Of a stretch of DNA of 22,166 nt, positions 1-8,200 are shown piece by piece (position 1 is the stretch's first letter; each line of letters starts with the position of its first letter). The notes below the pieces were generated by a model. It did no database searches and was not told the origin of the DNA. It saw only the letters and a list, made by a program, of their open reading frames with translations. Position numbers and translations under genes: made by a program. This stretch comes from a virus: IMG/VR virus record IMGVR_UViG_3300044971_003869; one strand, written 5' to 3'.

Positions 1-23
1 TAATATAAATATTTGGAAACAAT

Positions 24-398
24 ATGGTTGACCACGACGCTATGAGAAAAGCTTATTTAAGGGCTATTGACGAAGATATCGAAGAATCTTCTGATAAAGA
101 AGTTTTTAAAAAACCCTATAGGGGTAAATTTGGGAAAAAATTTTTTAGCCCCTTTTCTATTTCTACTTTTTCTTTATTTTTCAAAAAACTTTTTAGAAAA
201 GATAGACTGACTGTAGTATTAAAGTCTGATACTACCTCAAAAAAAATAGAGGTCATTAAGTTTACTCCACAAGAAACTGATACTATAACGAGTGCAGCAT
301 CTACTATGGGTGTTACATTGGAACAATTTTTTAAACATCTTTTTGAGGAGATAGTCAAAGATGCAGAAAGAAAAACTAACTTGCGAGAACTGTCATAA
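24..398 (+). CDS. hypothetical protein (124 aa), Lys-rich
   Basis: Open ORF with ATG start, coupled to the following overlapping ORF; no recognised domain. Confidence 0.6.
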   Translation: MVDHDAMRKAYLRAIDEDIEESSDKEVFKKPYRGKFGKKFFSPFSISTFSLFFKKLFRKDRLTVVLKSDTTSKKIEVIKFTPQETDTITSAASTMGVTLEQFFKHLFEEIVKDAERKTNLRELS

Positions 399-669
399 AG
401 ACTGGCAGAGAATTCCTTCTAGAGGAAGAAAGCCAAAGCTATGTCCTTCTTGCATCTCTGGTCCAGTCCAGGTTAAGGACTCTCCAAAACCAGTTGCACA
501 AAAAGTATTAGATCATGACTCAATGCCATTTCCTGGCCCAAGCAAATGGGCTTGTCGTTCTTGTGGAGCCTCAATAAGCATAGGTATAGATATAAAGCAC
601 CCGCCAACTCACCAGTGCCAAAAACGCCTTAAAAGAATTTATGCGCTTGAGTTAATACGGGAAGCTTAA
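361..669 (+). CDS. small zinc-ribbon-like protein (102 aa) with several Cys pairs
   Basis: CENCHKDW...KLCPSC and WACRSC...HQC motifs; GAGGAG-type SD about 10 nt upstream; overlaps the previous gene. Confidence 0.65.
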   Translation: MQKEKLTCENCHKDWQRIPSRGRKPKLCPSCISGPVQVKDSPKPVAQKVLDHDSMPFPGPSKWACRSCGASISIGIDIKHPPTHQCQKRLKRIYALELIREA

Positions 670-706
670 TTAAAAAATATTCCTACAAAAAATAATATGT
701 TAACTC

Positions 707-726
707 TTTCACACTTGTTTGTGAAA
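707..726. repeat. 7-bp perfect inverted repeat (TTTCACA-cttgtt-TGTGAAA)
   Basis: Read directly; lies between the 669 stop and a TATAAT at 750-755. Confidence 0.5.
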
Positions 727-749
727 TGATTTTCTAATTAATCTGTTAT

Positions 750-755
750 TATAAT
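750..755 (+). promoter_or_regulatory. candidate -10 box TATAAT upstream of the small ORF at 784
   Basis: Perfect TATAAT in an intergenic gap, followed by an AAGGAG SD at 773-778; no convincing -35. Confidence 0.4.
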
Positions 756-783
756 GCTTGAGTACAAACCCCAAGGAGACACC

Positions 784-921
784 ATGCATTACGGTATCGA
801 TGAGATCATGATTAAATATATTAATAATACAGATTCTTTTAAGAAGAAAAGAGCTCGCAACAAAGAGTCTCATGTTATTTTTTTAACTCGCAAAGAACGC
901 AAAGCTAAACAAAAGATCTAA
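784..921 (+). CDS. small basic protein (45 aa) MHYGIDEIMIKYINNTDSFKKKRARNKESHVIFLTRKERKAKQKI
   Basis: ATG with AAGGAG SD; absent from the supplied ORF track, translated by hand. Confidence 0.6.
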   Translation: MHYGIDEIMIKYINNTDSFKKKRARNKESHVIFLTRKERKAKQKI

Positions 922-944
922 TTTTTTTAAACTAGAACCTCAGA

Positions 945-1886
945 TTACAAAATGCCTCTCATAACCTTAATTGCATTCTCCGTAGACTGTATTACATTAC
1001 TTAGGGTTCCTGGAGACATTACTCCAGTTCCACCAGCTCTTACAATAGGTTTTACGGCCCTCTGAGCTTTTGCTACACCGTGTTTCTCAATTGATTCTTC
1101 TATATTCTTACTTACTTGTCCCATTATTTTAATATCTTCTTGACTAAAACTTTTTTTTGCGTATTGCCTTGGCCTATAACCCCTTTCTTCTCCTATATCA
1201 ACACCAATAGTTCCTAGCATTCTTCCTTTAAGATTTTTAATAATTCCTTTGTTTCCTTCGTTCACAGAAATGCTCTCAAATCCACGAACATCTTCTTCTA
1301 TTCCAATAGAAGGAAAAAACAACTCTGGAATTATTCCTTCAACTGATTTTTGAGAAGTCGTAATTGCCGAAGGAAGTGTTAATTTAGATAAACCAAATCT
1401 ATCAGCTTGTTCTGCCATGCCCAAAAGGTCATCGTACACTTTTAAGTTTAGATCTGTAATTTCTCCTATTTCAAGTCCAGATTTTAAATTAGCAATCGTT
1501 TCTCCTTTTCTAAAGTCTATATTTGGATCGATTTTCATGTCTGCGATCATATTTGAGTTTACTTTAATTCTATATAAATCCATTTCGTTGGATCTAAATT
1601 CACTTCCAAAAGTTGAACCCCACAAATCATGACTAGCCTGAGTGTGATATGGGTGGGAGTAAAAAAAGGCTCTGTCTTTTAATTCTTGTTGAACTCCATA
1701 TTGAAAGTTTATTTTTTTTTCTGCGTTAAAACCATACTTTAAAAGACTTTCTCTCGCTTCACGAGGAGCATAATGATACAAATACCCGCTACTCTCTGCA
1801 TATAGTTTGGCAAATTCTAAAGAAGACATATTTTCATTTAGAATTTTTAATCCTTGTGGTCCTGTTAAGCTAAAATGCTGCTGCAT
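945..1886 (-). CDS. hypothetical protein (313 aa), possible ADP-ribosyltransferase-like N-terminal domain
   Basis: Strong AGGAGG SD; N-terminal YLYHYAPREARESLLKYGFNAEK, then RAFFYSHP and DLYRIKVN resemble the conserved blocks of ART-fold proteins. Confidence 0.75.
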   Translation of the reverse strand: MQQHFSLTGPQGLKILNENMSSLEFAKLYAESSGYLYHYAPREARESLLKYGFNAEKKINFQYGVQQELKDRAFFYSHPYHTQASHDLWGSTFGSEFRSNEMDLYRIKVNSNMIADMKIDPNIDFRKGETIANLKSGLEIGEITDLNLKVYDDLLGMAEQADRFGLSKLTLPSAITTSQKSVEGIIPELFFPSIGIEEDVRGFESISVNEGNKGIIKNLKGRMLGTIGVDIGEERGYRPRQYAKKSFSQEDIKIMGQVSKNIEESIEKHGVAKAQRAVKPIVRAGGTGVMSPGTLSNVIQSTENAIKVMRGIL

Positions 1887-1968
1887 AAAACCTCCTATAA
1901 TTATTTTAATATAGTAACTGGGATTATCTAGACCTCAAATCACACATTTTTCTGCTATACTAACTGAC

Positions 1969-2181
1969 ATGAATTACACAGATATTTACAGAAGAATCTA
2001 TGAATCTGTTAAAACAGAAATAATAGACCACACAGACGCACATTATGCGTCTTTAAGAATTGCAGATGCAATTTCCTATTTAAGTTTGAGCTGCGAAAAA
2101 AAGGCAAGCACCTTAGAAGTTATCAAAGATATAGTGTTAAGCTTAAGAAGCGATGCTATAATAGAGCAAGATCAGCAATAG
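1969..2181 (+). CDS. hypothetical protein (70 aa)
   Basis: ORF with coding-like composition directly upstream of the tRNA; TATACT 7 nt before the ATG; no clear SD. Confidence 0.5.
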   Translation: MNYTDIYRRIYESVKTEIIDHTDAHYASLRIADAISYLSLSCEKKASTLEVIKDIVLSLRSDAIIEQDQQ

Positions 2182-2193
2182 CGATCACATCGT

Positions 2194-2267
<74 letters not shown>

Positions 2268-2288
2268 ATTTAAACAAGAAAGAATGAA

Positions 2289-3299
2289 ATGAATAAAAGA
2301 GTATTTTTAACAGGAGCTGGTGGCTTTGTTGGTCACCATACTTTGGAGCACATCTTAAAGACAACGGATTGGGATGTCGTAATTAGCGACTCTTTCCGCC
2401 ATCGTGGCGTTACAGACAGAGTTACCTCTATAGCTTGCTGGGAATCCGAAAGACATCGTGTTCAGCTCATTACTCATGATCTAACTGTTCCTTTCTCTGA
2501 CGTAATGATTAAGGACATGGGTCATATTGACTATATTATTTCAATGGCATCTGACTCACATGTTGACAGATCAATTACAGACCCAGCACCTTTTATTTTA
2601 AATAATGTTGCGCTTGTTGTTAATATGTTGGAGCTTGCCCGCAAGATTCAACCAGAAGTATTCTTGCATGTGTCAACCGACGAGGTTTATGGCCCAGCAC
2701 CAGCCGGGTATGCCCACGTAGAGTGGGACACAATCCTTCCATCTAATCCATACTCTGGCTCAAAGGCTGCACAGGAAGCTGCCTGTATCTCTTACTGGCG
2801 TACATTTGGAGTGCCAGTAATTATTACAAATACTATGAACATTATTGGTGAGCGTCAGGATCCTGAAAAGTTTGTTCCAAAGATTATGTATTGTTTAGAG
2901 AAGAATATTCCTATGACAATTCACGGAACTCCAGAAAACATTGGGTCTCGTTTCTATCTCCACGCAAGAAATCAAGCTGACGCATTGGTTTTTATTTTAA
3001 AAAATTTACCAGCGGTTTCTTATCCAAATTCAGACAGACCAGACAAGTACCACATTGTTGGCGAACGTGAAGTCAACAACTTAGAAATGGCTCAAATGGT
3101 AGCAGAGTTTTGGGGTAAAGAACTTAAGTTTGAGTTTGAAGACTTCCATACTACAAGACCGGGACATGATCTAAGATATGCTCTTGATGGTACTAAGCTA
3201 GCAAAAGCAGGATGGAAGGCTCCCATGCCTTTAGAGAAGTCTCTACAGACAACTGTAGAATGGACTAAGAAGCATCCAGAATGGCTGTGGAGAGACTAA
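2289..3299 (+). CDS. NAD-dependent epimerase/dehydratase, dTDP-glucose 4,6-dehydratase-like
   Basis: GAGGFVGHH Rossmann motif, HVSTDEVYG, YSGSKAAQE (YxxxK), NTMNIIGERQDPEKFVPK; extended SDR architecture. Confidence 0.88.
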   Translation: MNKRVFLTGAGGFVGHHTLEHILKTTDWDVVISDSFRHRGVTDRVTSIACWESERHRVQLITHDLTVPFSDVMIKDMGHIDYIISMASDSHVDRSITDPAPFILNNVALVVNMLELARKIQPEVFLHVSTDEVYGPAPAGYAHVEWDTILPSNPYSGSKAAQEAACISYWRTFGVPVIITNTMNIIGERQDPEKFVPKIMYCLEKNIPMTIHGTPENIGSRFYLHARNQADALVFILKNLPAVSYPNSDRPDKYHIVGEREVNNLEMAQMVAEFWGKELKFEFEDFHTTRPGHDLRYALDGTKLAKAGWKAPMPLEKSLQTTVEWTKKHPEWLWRD

Positions 3300-4735
3300 A
3301 GTCTAGCCCTTAAGATAGATAAAAGGGCACCAGCTTCACGCAAAGCTCCAGACCCTCTCTTGCCCATGGTAACAGCTTTAGATGCTTGACGAGCAGCTTG
3401 TACGCCTCTGCTAGATCTATTGATAACAATATTAGGTGATCTTGGAGCTATATTTTCTACTGACTCCACAACGTCGCTAGCTATAGTGCCAATAGCTTTT
3501 GGTTTTGCAGCCAAAGGTTGCCCATGTATGGGTGAATCTACAACCATTTTTAATTGCTGTGCTTGGCGGAAATTTCCTTCATTATCTAATAGATCATATC
3601 TTGCTGTGCCATAATCAAAATCTTGCTCTGCTAATGATTCCATATCTTGTAATAAACCTAATCTTTTTGCATCAAAAGCTTCTATATCTTTTGTGTTTTC
3701 AATTACCGTTCCAACCGTTGCCACATGACCATAGTGTCTTTGATCATTCAGCGTTGTTTTAAGTATTTTTCTTTCTTTTCTTTTTAGTGGAGCACCTGAT
3801 CTTCTTGCTTCTGTAACTAAACTATCGTAATATGAATCTGTATACATTGGACCAAAAATTTCCGGACCATGATCTGCGTATGCAACACGGCCAAGATTAA
3901 TTGGGTTAGAGTCAGTTATTTTTGAGTTAGCATGTAACGCATGCATTCTTATCCTTCCGGATTCAGCAATGCCTTCTTCAATTCCGGTTTGAGTCATTAC
4001 TCGACGATAACTGTCAGCTACCCCTTCTACCCAATTTTTTTTATAACGTGGATCCTTTCTTTGGGTAACCCATCCATATAGGTTTGATATTGGTTCATTT
4101 TGTGCTGCAGCTCTTCTTCCGCTTATATCGCTAAATCCATGAGTTAATTCATGGTAAGCTAAATTAACAGGATGTTCAAAAACTCCTGCAGAAAATTCTT
4201 CGGCACCATAAAATGTTGCACGCGTTATATCTTCTAGTTTTTGGGGAATTTTTATGCCTTCAGCATCTAGTATTCTTCCTAATTTTTCGTGACTAAAATT
4301 TGAATTTGGACCACCAACTGTGGCTTGAAATCCTCCTCCTGCAAATTTTTCTTCTTGTATCTGAGCTGTTTTTAAAGGGTGAAGAATTCTTTGTTTTAAA
4401 CTTATCTTTGGATTTACAATTTCTTCATATCTTTTTTGGTCTATTATTACGCCCACATGTCTGGATGAAAGTTCTGATCCAACCCCAAGAAATGGAGCTC
4501 CAGCACCTTTTGAAGTTCCCATATGAAAAGCAATGTTGGTATCAGCAAAATTAGACTCTCTTAAAAGAGCTTCAGTTTGATTGACTAGATTTGCATCAAC
4601 TATGTCTGTAGCTGATTTTCCAATATGAAATTTATAAGGTTCAGGTATTGGATCAAATTGAAGAATATTTGAATTTAAAGTACTAGATTGGTTTGGTATT
4701 ATATCTGAAATAAAATTGTGAATATTTTGAGCCAT
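3296..4735 (-). CDS. putative zinc metallopeptidase-like phage protein (479 aa)
   Basis: HExxH motif in LAYHELTHGFSD, followed by an Asp/Glu-bearing GIEEGIAES segment; long uninterrupted ORF. Confidence 0.65.
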   Translation of the reverse strand: MAQNIHNFISDIIPNQSSTLNSNILQFDPIPEPYKFHIGKSATDIVDANLVNQTEALLRESNFADTNIAFHMGTSKGAGAPFLGVGSELSSRHVGVIIDQKRYEEIVNPKISLKQRILHPLKTAQIQEEKFAGGGFQATVGGPNSNFSHEKLGRILDAEGIKIPQKLEDITRATFYGAEEFSAGVFEHPVNLAYHELTHGFSDISGRRAAAQNEPISNLYGWVTQRKDPRYKKNWVEGVADSYRRVMTQTGIEEGIAESGRIRMHALHANSKITDSNPINLGRVAYADHGPEIFGPMYTDSYYDSLVTEARRSGAPLKRKERKILKTTLNDQRHYGHVATVGTVIENTKDIEAFDAKRLGLLQDMESLAEQDFDYGTARYDLLDNEGNFRQAQQLKMVVDSPIHGQPLAAKPKAIGTIASDVVESVENIAPRSPNIVINRSSRGVQAARQASKAVTMGKRGSGALREAGALLSILRARL

Positions 4736-4750
4736 AAAAGAACCTTATTG

Positions 4751-4773
4751 ATTACTATATTTTAAATAGTAAC
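4751..4773. promoter_or_regulatory. near-palindromic ATTACTAT-attttaa-ATAGTAAC in the divergent gap between the 4735(-) and 4793(+) genes
   Basis: Direct reading; both half-sites match the RTTACTAT motif that recurs upstream of other genes. Confidence 0.4.
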
Positions 4774-4792
4774 CATGTTTTGGAGGTATGTT

Positions 4793-5011
4793 ATGGCTGG
4801 AAAAAAGCCCGCAAAAAAAAATGTCTCAACCCCTGTTAAAGAAGCAGTAAAACAGCTTCCTGGAAAGGCTGTTCTTTATATAGGTTCAAGTTTAAAATTA
4901 TTTAAATGCCCTACCTGTAGTAGACAACTAAAAAAGGGAATTGTATGGGAAGAAGGTTCTACTGCGTACTGCACAAGAACATGTATACCAAAAGTAGAAG
5001 TTGCACAATAG
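4793..5011 (+). CDS. small zinc-ribbon protein (72 aa), start corrected from 4775
   Basis: GGAGG SD before ATG at 4793 (MAGKKPAKKN...); CPTC...YCTRTC motif. Confidence 0.7.
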   Translation: MAGKKPAKKNVSTPVKEAVKQLPGKAVLYIGSSLKLFKCPTCSRQLKKGIVWEEGSTAYCTRTCIPKVEVAQ

Positions 5012-5085
5012 TGGAAGCTATGGTAATATGGTGGGTAAGCGTTTTTATAGCGTTTGCACTTCGGATATATTAAAGGATCAGAAAA

Positions 5086-5403
5086 ATGACAGAATATTGG
5101 TTAGCTGAATTTTTAGAGGAAATGGACAGAAAACTTCCTCCAGCAGAACAAGAATATGTAAACGCTATGTTATCAATCGTAGCAAAATATGGAAAGCTAT
5201 CCAATGGTGACAGTAATGGCATCTGGGTTGGCTATGTTCCAGGAGTAGAGAACGATAATCTTTCTATTGGCGTTAAGTGCGGTAACTGTGCTTTCTATGA
5301 GGGTAATGGAGTTTGCAAGATTGCAGCTGGCCAAGTAGAAGATAATGGATATTGTCGTTTAGCTGCCATTCCAGATGGTGTAGTAAAAGGGTACAGAAAA
5401 TAA
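5086..5403 (+). CDS. Cys-rich domain protein (105 aa)
   Basis: CGNCAFYEGNGVCKIAAGQVEDNGYCRLAAIP; upstream AAAGGA; paralogous to the next gene. Confidence 0.75.
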   Translation: MTEYWLAEFLEEMDRKLPPAEQEYVNAMLSIVAKYGKLSNGDSNGIWVGYVPGVENDNLSIGVKCGNCAFYEGNGVCKIAAGQVEDNGYCRLAAIPDGVVKGYRK

Positions 5404-5780
5404 TGACAAACTATTGGTTGTCTGAATATGACTCTCCAGATGATGAGGAGATGCCAGAAGACGAAGAGATGCCTGAAGAGCCAGAGGACGAAGAAGATCC
5501 TGACGATCCAGAAGAAAAATTAAATGACCGTCAAAAAATGATGTATGAACAATACGAACAGTGTGTAGAAATGCATGGTAAGTTTGACCAAACATCAAAA
5601 GGTAATGGTGCACACTACGCACCAGCAGCTAAGAATCCTTTCATTAAAGAAGGACTTATCTGTTCTAATTGCGTATTTTTTATGGGTGGTCAAGGCTGCG
5701 AAATAGTAGCTGGCAAGGTAGAAGCCAATGCTGTCTGTAAATTGTGGATTATTCCAGAAGAACTATTGACTAAGAAATAG
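5403..5780 (+). CDS. Cys-rich domain protein with acidic linker (125 aa), start corrected from 5352
   Basis: TAATG stop/start overlap with the previous gene; N-terminus MTNYWLSEY matches MTEYWLAEF; CSNCVFFMGGQGCEIVAGKVEANAVCKLWIIP. Confidence 0.75.
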   Translation: MTNYWLSEYDSPDDEEMPEDEEMPEEPEDEEDPDDPEEKLNDRQKMMYEQYEQCVEMHGKFDQTSKGNGAHYAPAAKNPFIKEGLICSNCVFFMGGQGCEIVAGKVEANAVCKLWIIPEELLTKK

Positions 5781-5782
5781 TG

Positions 5783-5788
5783 TATAAT
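5783..5788 (+). promoter_or_regulatory. candidate -10 box TATAAT upstream of the 2OG oxygenase
   Basis: Perfect TATAAT ending 7 nt before the ATG at 5796, which would give a near-leaderless transcript. Confidence 0.4.
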
Positions 5789-5795
5789 ATAGCTT

Positions 5796-6416
5796 ATGAA
5801 GCTATCAAACAATCCTTACAGATCATCTAAGATTACTCTTCCATACATTTGTATATATGATTATTTTACAAATGAAGAGTTAGATCACATTGAATTCTTG
5901 TCAAAAACCAAAGCCCTAAACAAAGCTACTACAGTTGCTCAAGAAAGTGGCTTGGTTGTATATGATAATCCAATTAGAATTTCTAGCAATTGTTTTCATG
6001 GATATACTGAAGAAAATGCCTGGTTCTTTGAGAAGCTTAATACAGCCATTGAGTCAGTAAATAATTCTGTTTATGGCTTTGAGCTTTACGGCTACAAAGA
6101 CTACCAGTACACTGAATATAGCGGAGAAGAAAAAGGTAAATATGGAATACATATGGACCTTATCATGACCGATGCCAAGCCTGCTGATTTACTTGACACA
6201 AGAAAACTTTCTTTGTCCCTTTTGTTATCTGATCAAGGAAAAGATTTTACTGGTGGAGATTTTCTTATTTATGAAGGCGGATCGCCAACAAGAATAGAAG
6301 CACCAAAAGGTACAATGATATTCTTCCCATCCTTTATGCTTCATGAGGTAACACCAGTTACAGAAGGCTTAAGAAAGTCTATTGTAGTGTGGGTTGAAGG
6401 ACCTAAGTTTAAATAA
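5796..6416 (+). CDS. 2OG-Fe(II) oxygenase family protein
   Basis: YGIHMDLI (HxD), GGDFLIYEGG, GTMIFFPSFMLHEVTPVTEGLRKSIVVW (distal His and 2OG-binding Arg). Confidence 0.85.
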   Translation: MKLSNNPYRSSKITLPYICIYDYFTNEELDHIEFLSKTKALNKATTVAQESGLVVYDNPIRISSNCFHGYTEENAWFFEKLNTAIESVNNSVYGFELYGYKDYQYTEYSGEEKGKYGIHMDLIMTDAKPADLLDTRKLSLSLLLSDQGKDFTGGDFLIYEGGSPTRIEAPKGTMIFFPSFMLHEVTPVTEGLRKSIVVWVEGPKFK

Positions 6417-6417
6417 A

Positions 6418-7029
6418 CTAGGCAAACTTTGACTGACTAGCAAATACAGTAAAGGTACTAGCTGCTGTTTTGATAATCGTCAAAGTATAAACATCTACAG
6501 AGTTTGCATTTCCGCTTGGCGCAGATCCACCAAACCATTTTGTTGACACTGTTGCATTCGTATCAATTGTGACACTGCTTAAATTTCTGGCAGTTGAGTT
6601 TGTGCAGAACAAAACTACAGTTAAAGACTGCCCAGTAGACATAAGAGAATCTAGTGTATTAGAAGAATTTCCCCTTATATTAAATGTGAAGTTGCCACTT
6701 GAATTTGATGTATAGTAATAAACAGCTCCTGACAACATGTCTATGTTTACTGTTCCAGTGAGCGCAGTGGACGATAAGGAAGCCTGCTCTAAAGATTGTT
6801 GAAGTGTTGTTGTTCCAGTAATGGTTAAGCTGTTATCTGTTTTTAAAACACCCGCTGAGGACCTATATATATTAGTGTCTGAATTTCCAGAACCAGAACT
6901 CCATTTTATTTTGCCTCCAGCATCAATTGCAAAGTTTGGAGTAGCACTGCTAGATGGGCCTATCTCAATAGCATTATCTGAAGATGTACTAAATTTTTGA
7001 GCACGAATTAAATTATAAAAATTAGGCAT
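6418..7029 (-). CDS. tail-fibre/tip-like protein with shared C-terminal module; start probably 7029 rather than 7041
   Basis: C-terminal ~130 aa strongly resembles the C-terminus of the 9583-12249 protein; ATG at 7029 gives MPNFYNLIRAQ. Confidence 0.7.
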   Translation of the reverse strand: MPNFYNLIRAQKFSTSSDNAIEIGPSSSATPNFAIDAGGKIKWSSGSGNSDTNIYRSSAGVLKTDNSLTITGTTTLQQSLEQASLSSTALTGTVNIDMLSGAVYYYTSNSSGNFTFNIRGNSSNTLDSLMSTGQSLTVVLFCTNSTARNLSSVTIDTNATVSTKWFGGSAPSGNANSVDVYTLTIIKTAASTFTVFASQSKFA

Positions 7030-7091
7030 GGCCTCAACCACATTCCTTCTATGTAGGGCCCTTCAAGGCTTATTTAAATAGTAATAAAATC

Positions 7092-8192
7092 TCAAACTTG
7101 ACACAAGTCTAATATGTCTTTGTAGTTACCAAAGACCTCAACAAATATTGAGTACATACCATATGCTTCTGGATTTTTGTTTTTAAGAGCTATTTTTACT
7201 GCTTCTATTTGAGATCCATCAAATGAATTAAAATCTAATCCAAGACCGTCAAGTATTATTGACTGTTGGGTTTGTAGTTTTTCTATTTCTTTTTGTAAAA
7301 TATAATTTTTATCCTCTTCAGAAAGATTGATATTAAATATATTAATTAAATTAGACAATGAAAGATGAGCTACTCTTTTTAGCACTTCGGTATTCATTAA
7401 TTGAGTTAATGAGCCAAACGAATCTGTGCCTACCTTAGCATCTGGATCACCGGACAAATATTTAAAAACTTGCATGTCTGGTTGAGTAGATCTAATCTCA
7501 TTTTTAAATTCTTCAGAAAATTTTAATGTATTAATAAAGTTTTTTGCTCTAGAAGAAATTGTCTCATTGTTATTCCATGGCTCTTCTGTAACGTCTGACC
7601 ATTCAATAATCTGCTTTAAGTTTCCTTGGAGTGTTTTAGATGTTCTTGGAAATGGGTCTTCATTTAAATAATAATTTTCATCTACGTTTGCATGAATGTA
7701 TATTAGATGAGCAACGGAATTAATAGAAAATATTGGTTCATAAACATATAGATCTTCAAGATTATCAATCAAAGGAACTGGATCTGCATCATCTTTCATA
7801 AAAGTCTCAGGCCCATACTTATCGTAGTGACATCTCCATGCATTCCATACTGGAATTGAATCATGGAATAAGAATCCACCAACAGAATCATTTGGATCAT
7901 TGTCATAATATCTTTTAATTCTTTCAAATATTTGAAGATTAATTATTTCCTCTTCAATACCATCAGAAGCTACAAGATTATTTAAAGCAAAAATGCTTAA
8001 GCTATGGTTGAAGCAAATAAGTATATTGTTGTCCGGAAGTCTAAGAGCTTTAATGTTATCTTCATAAACTTTATTCTCTTCTATTTTTTTAAGAAATATT
8101 GTTATTTCTTCAGAGGTTTTTCCAATATGCTGTAGCACAAAGAAAGTTGAGTATTCATCAATAACTTCTTTATTAAAATTTTCTATAATCAT
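7092..8192 (-). CDS. hypothetical protein (366 aa) in the tail-fibre block
   Basis: Long ORF with AAGGAG SD; no recognised motif. Confidence 0.75.
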   Translation of the reverse strand: MIIENFNKEVIDEYSTFFVLQHIGKTSEEITIFLKKIEENKVYEDNIKALRLPDNNILICFNHSLSIFALNNLVASDGIEEEIINLQIFERIKRYYDNDPNDSVGGFLFHDSIPVWNAWRCHYDKYGPETFMKDDADPVPLIDNLEDLYVYEPIFSINSVAHLIYIHANVDENYYLNEDPFPRTSKTLQGNLKQIIEWSDVTEEPWNNNETISSRAKNFINTLKFSEEFKNEIRSTQPDMQVFKYLSGDPDAKVGTDSFGSLTQLMNTEVLKRVAHLSLSNLINIFNINLSEEDKNYILQKEIEKLQTQQSIILDGLGLDFNSFDGSQIEAVKIALKNKNPEAYGMYSIFVEVFGNYKDILDLCQV

Positions 8193-8200
8193 AATTCTCC

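Noticed and set aside
1417-1632. Plus-strand 71-aa ORF opposite the ART-like gene
   Set aside because: Antisense shadow with no SD, contained in a well-supported minus gene.
3420-4554. Plus-strand ORFs 3420-3614, 3499-3762 and 4300-4554
   Set aside because: Antisense to the 479-aa ORF; unremarkable composition and no SD.
6400-6430. AGTTTA-AA-TAAACT dyad at the convergent stop codons (6406-6420 area)
   Set aside because: The loop is only 2 nt and the stem is AT-only with no T-tract context, so it is not a convincing terminator.
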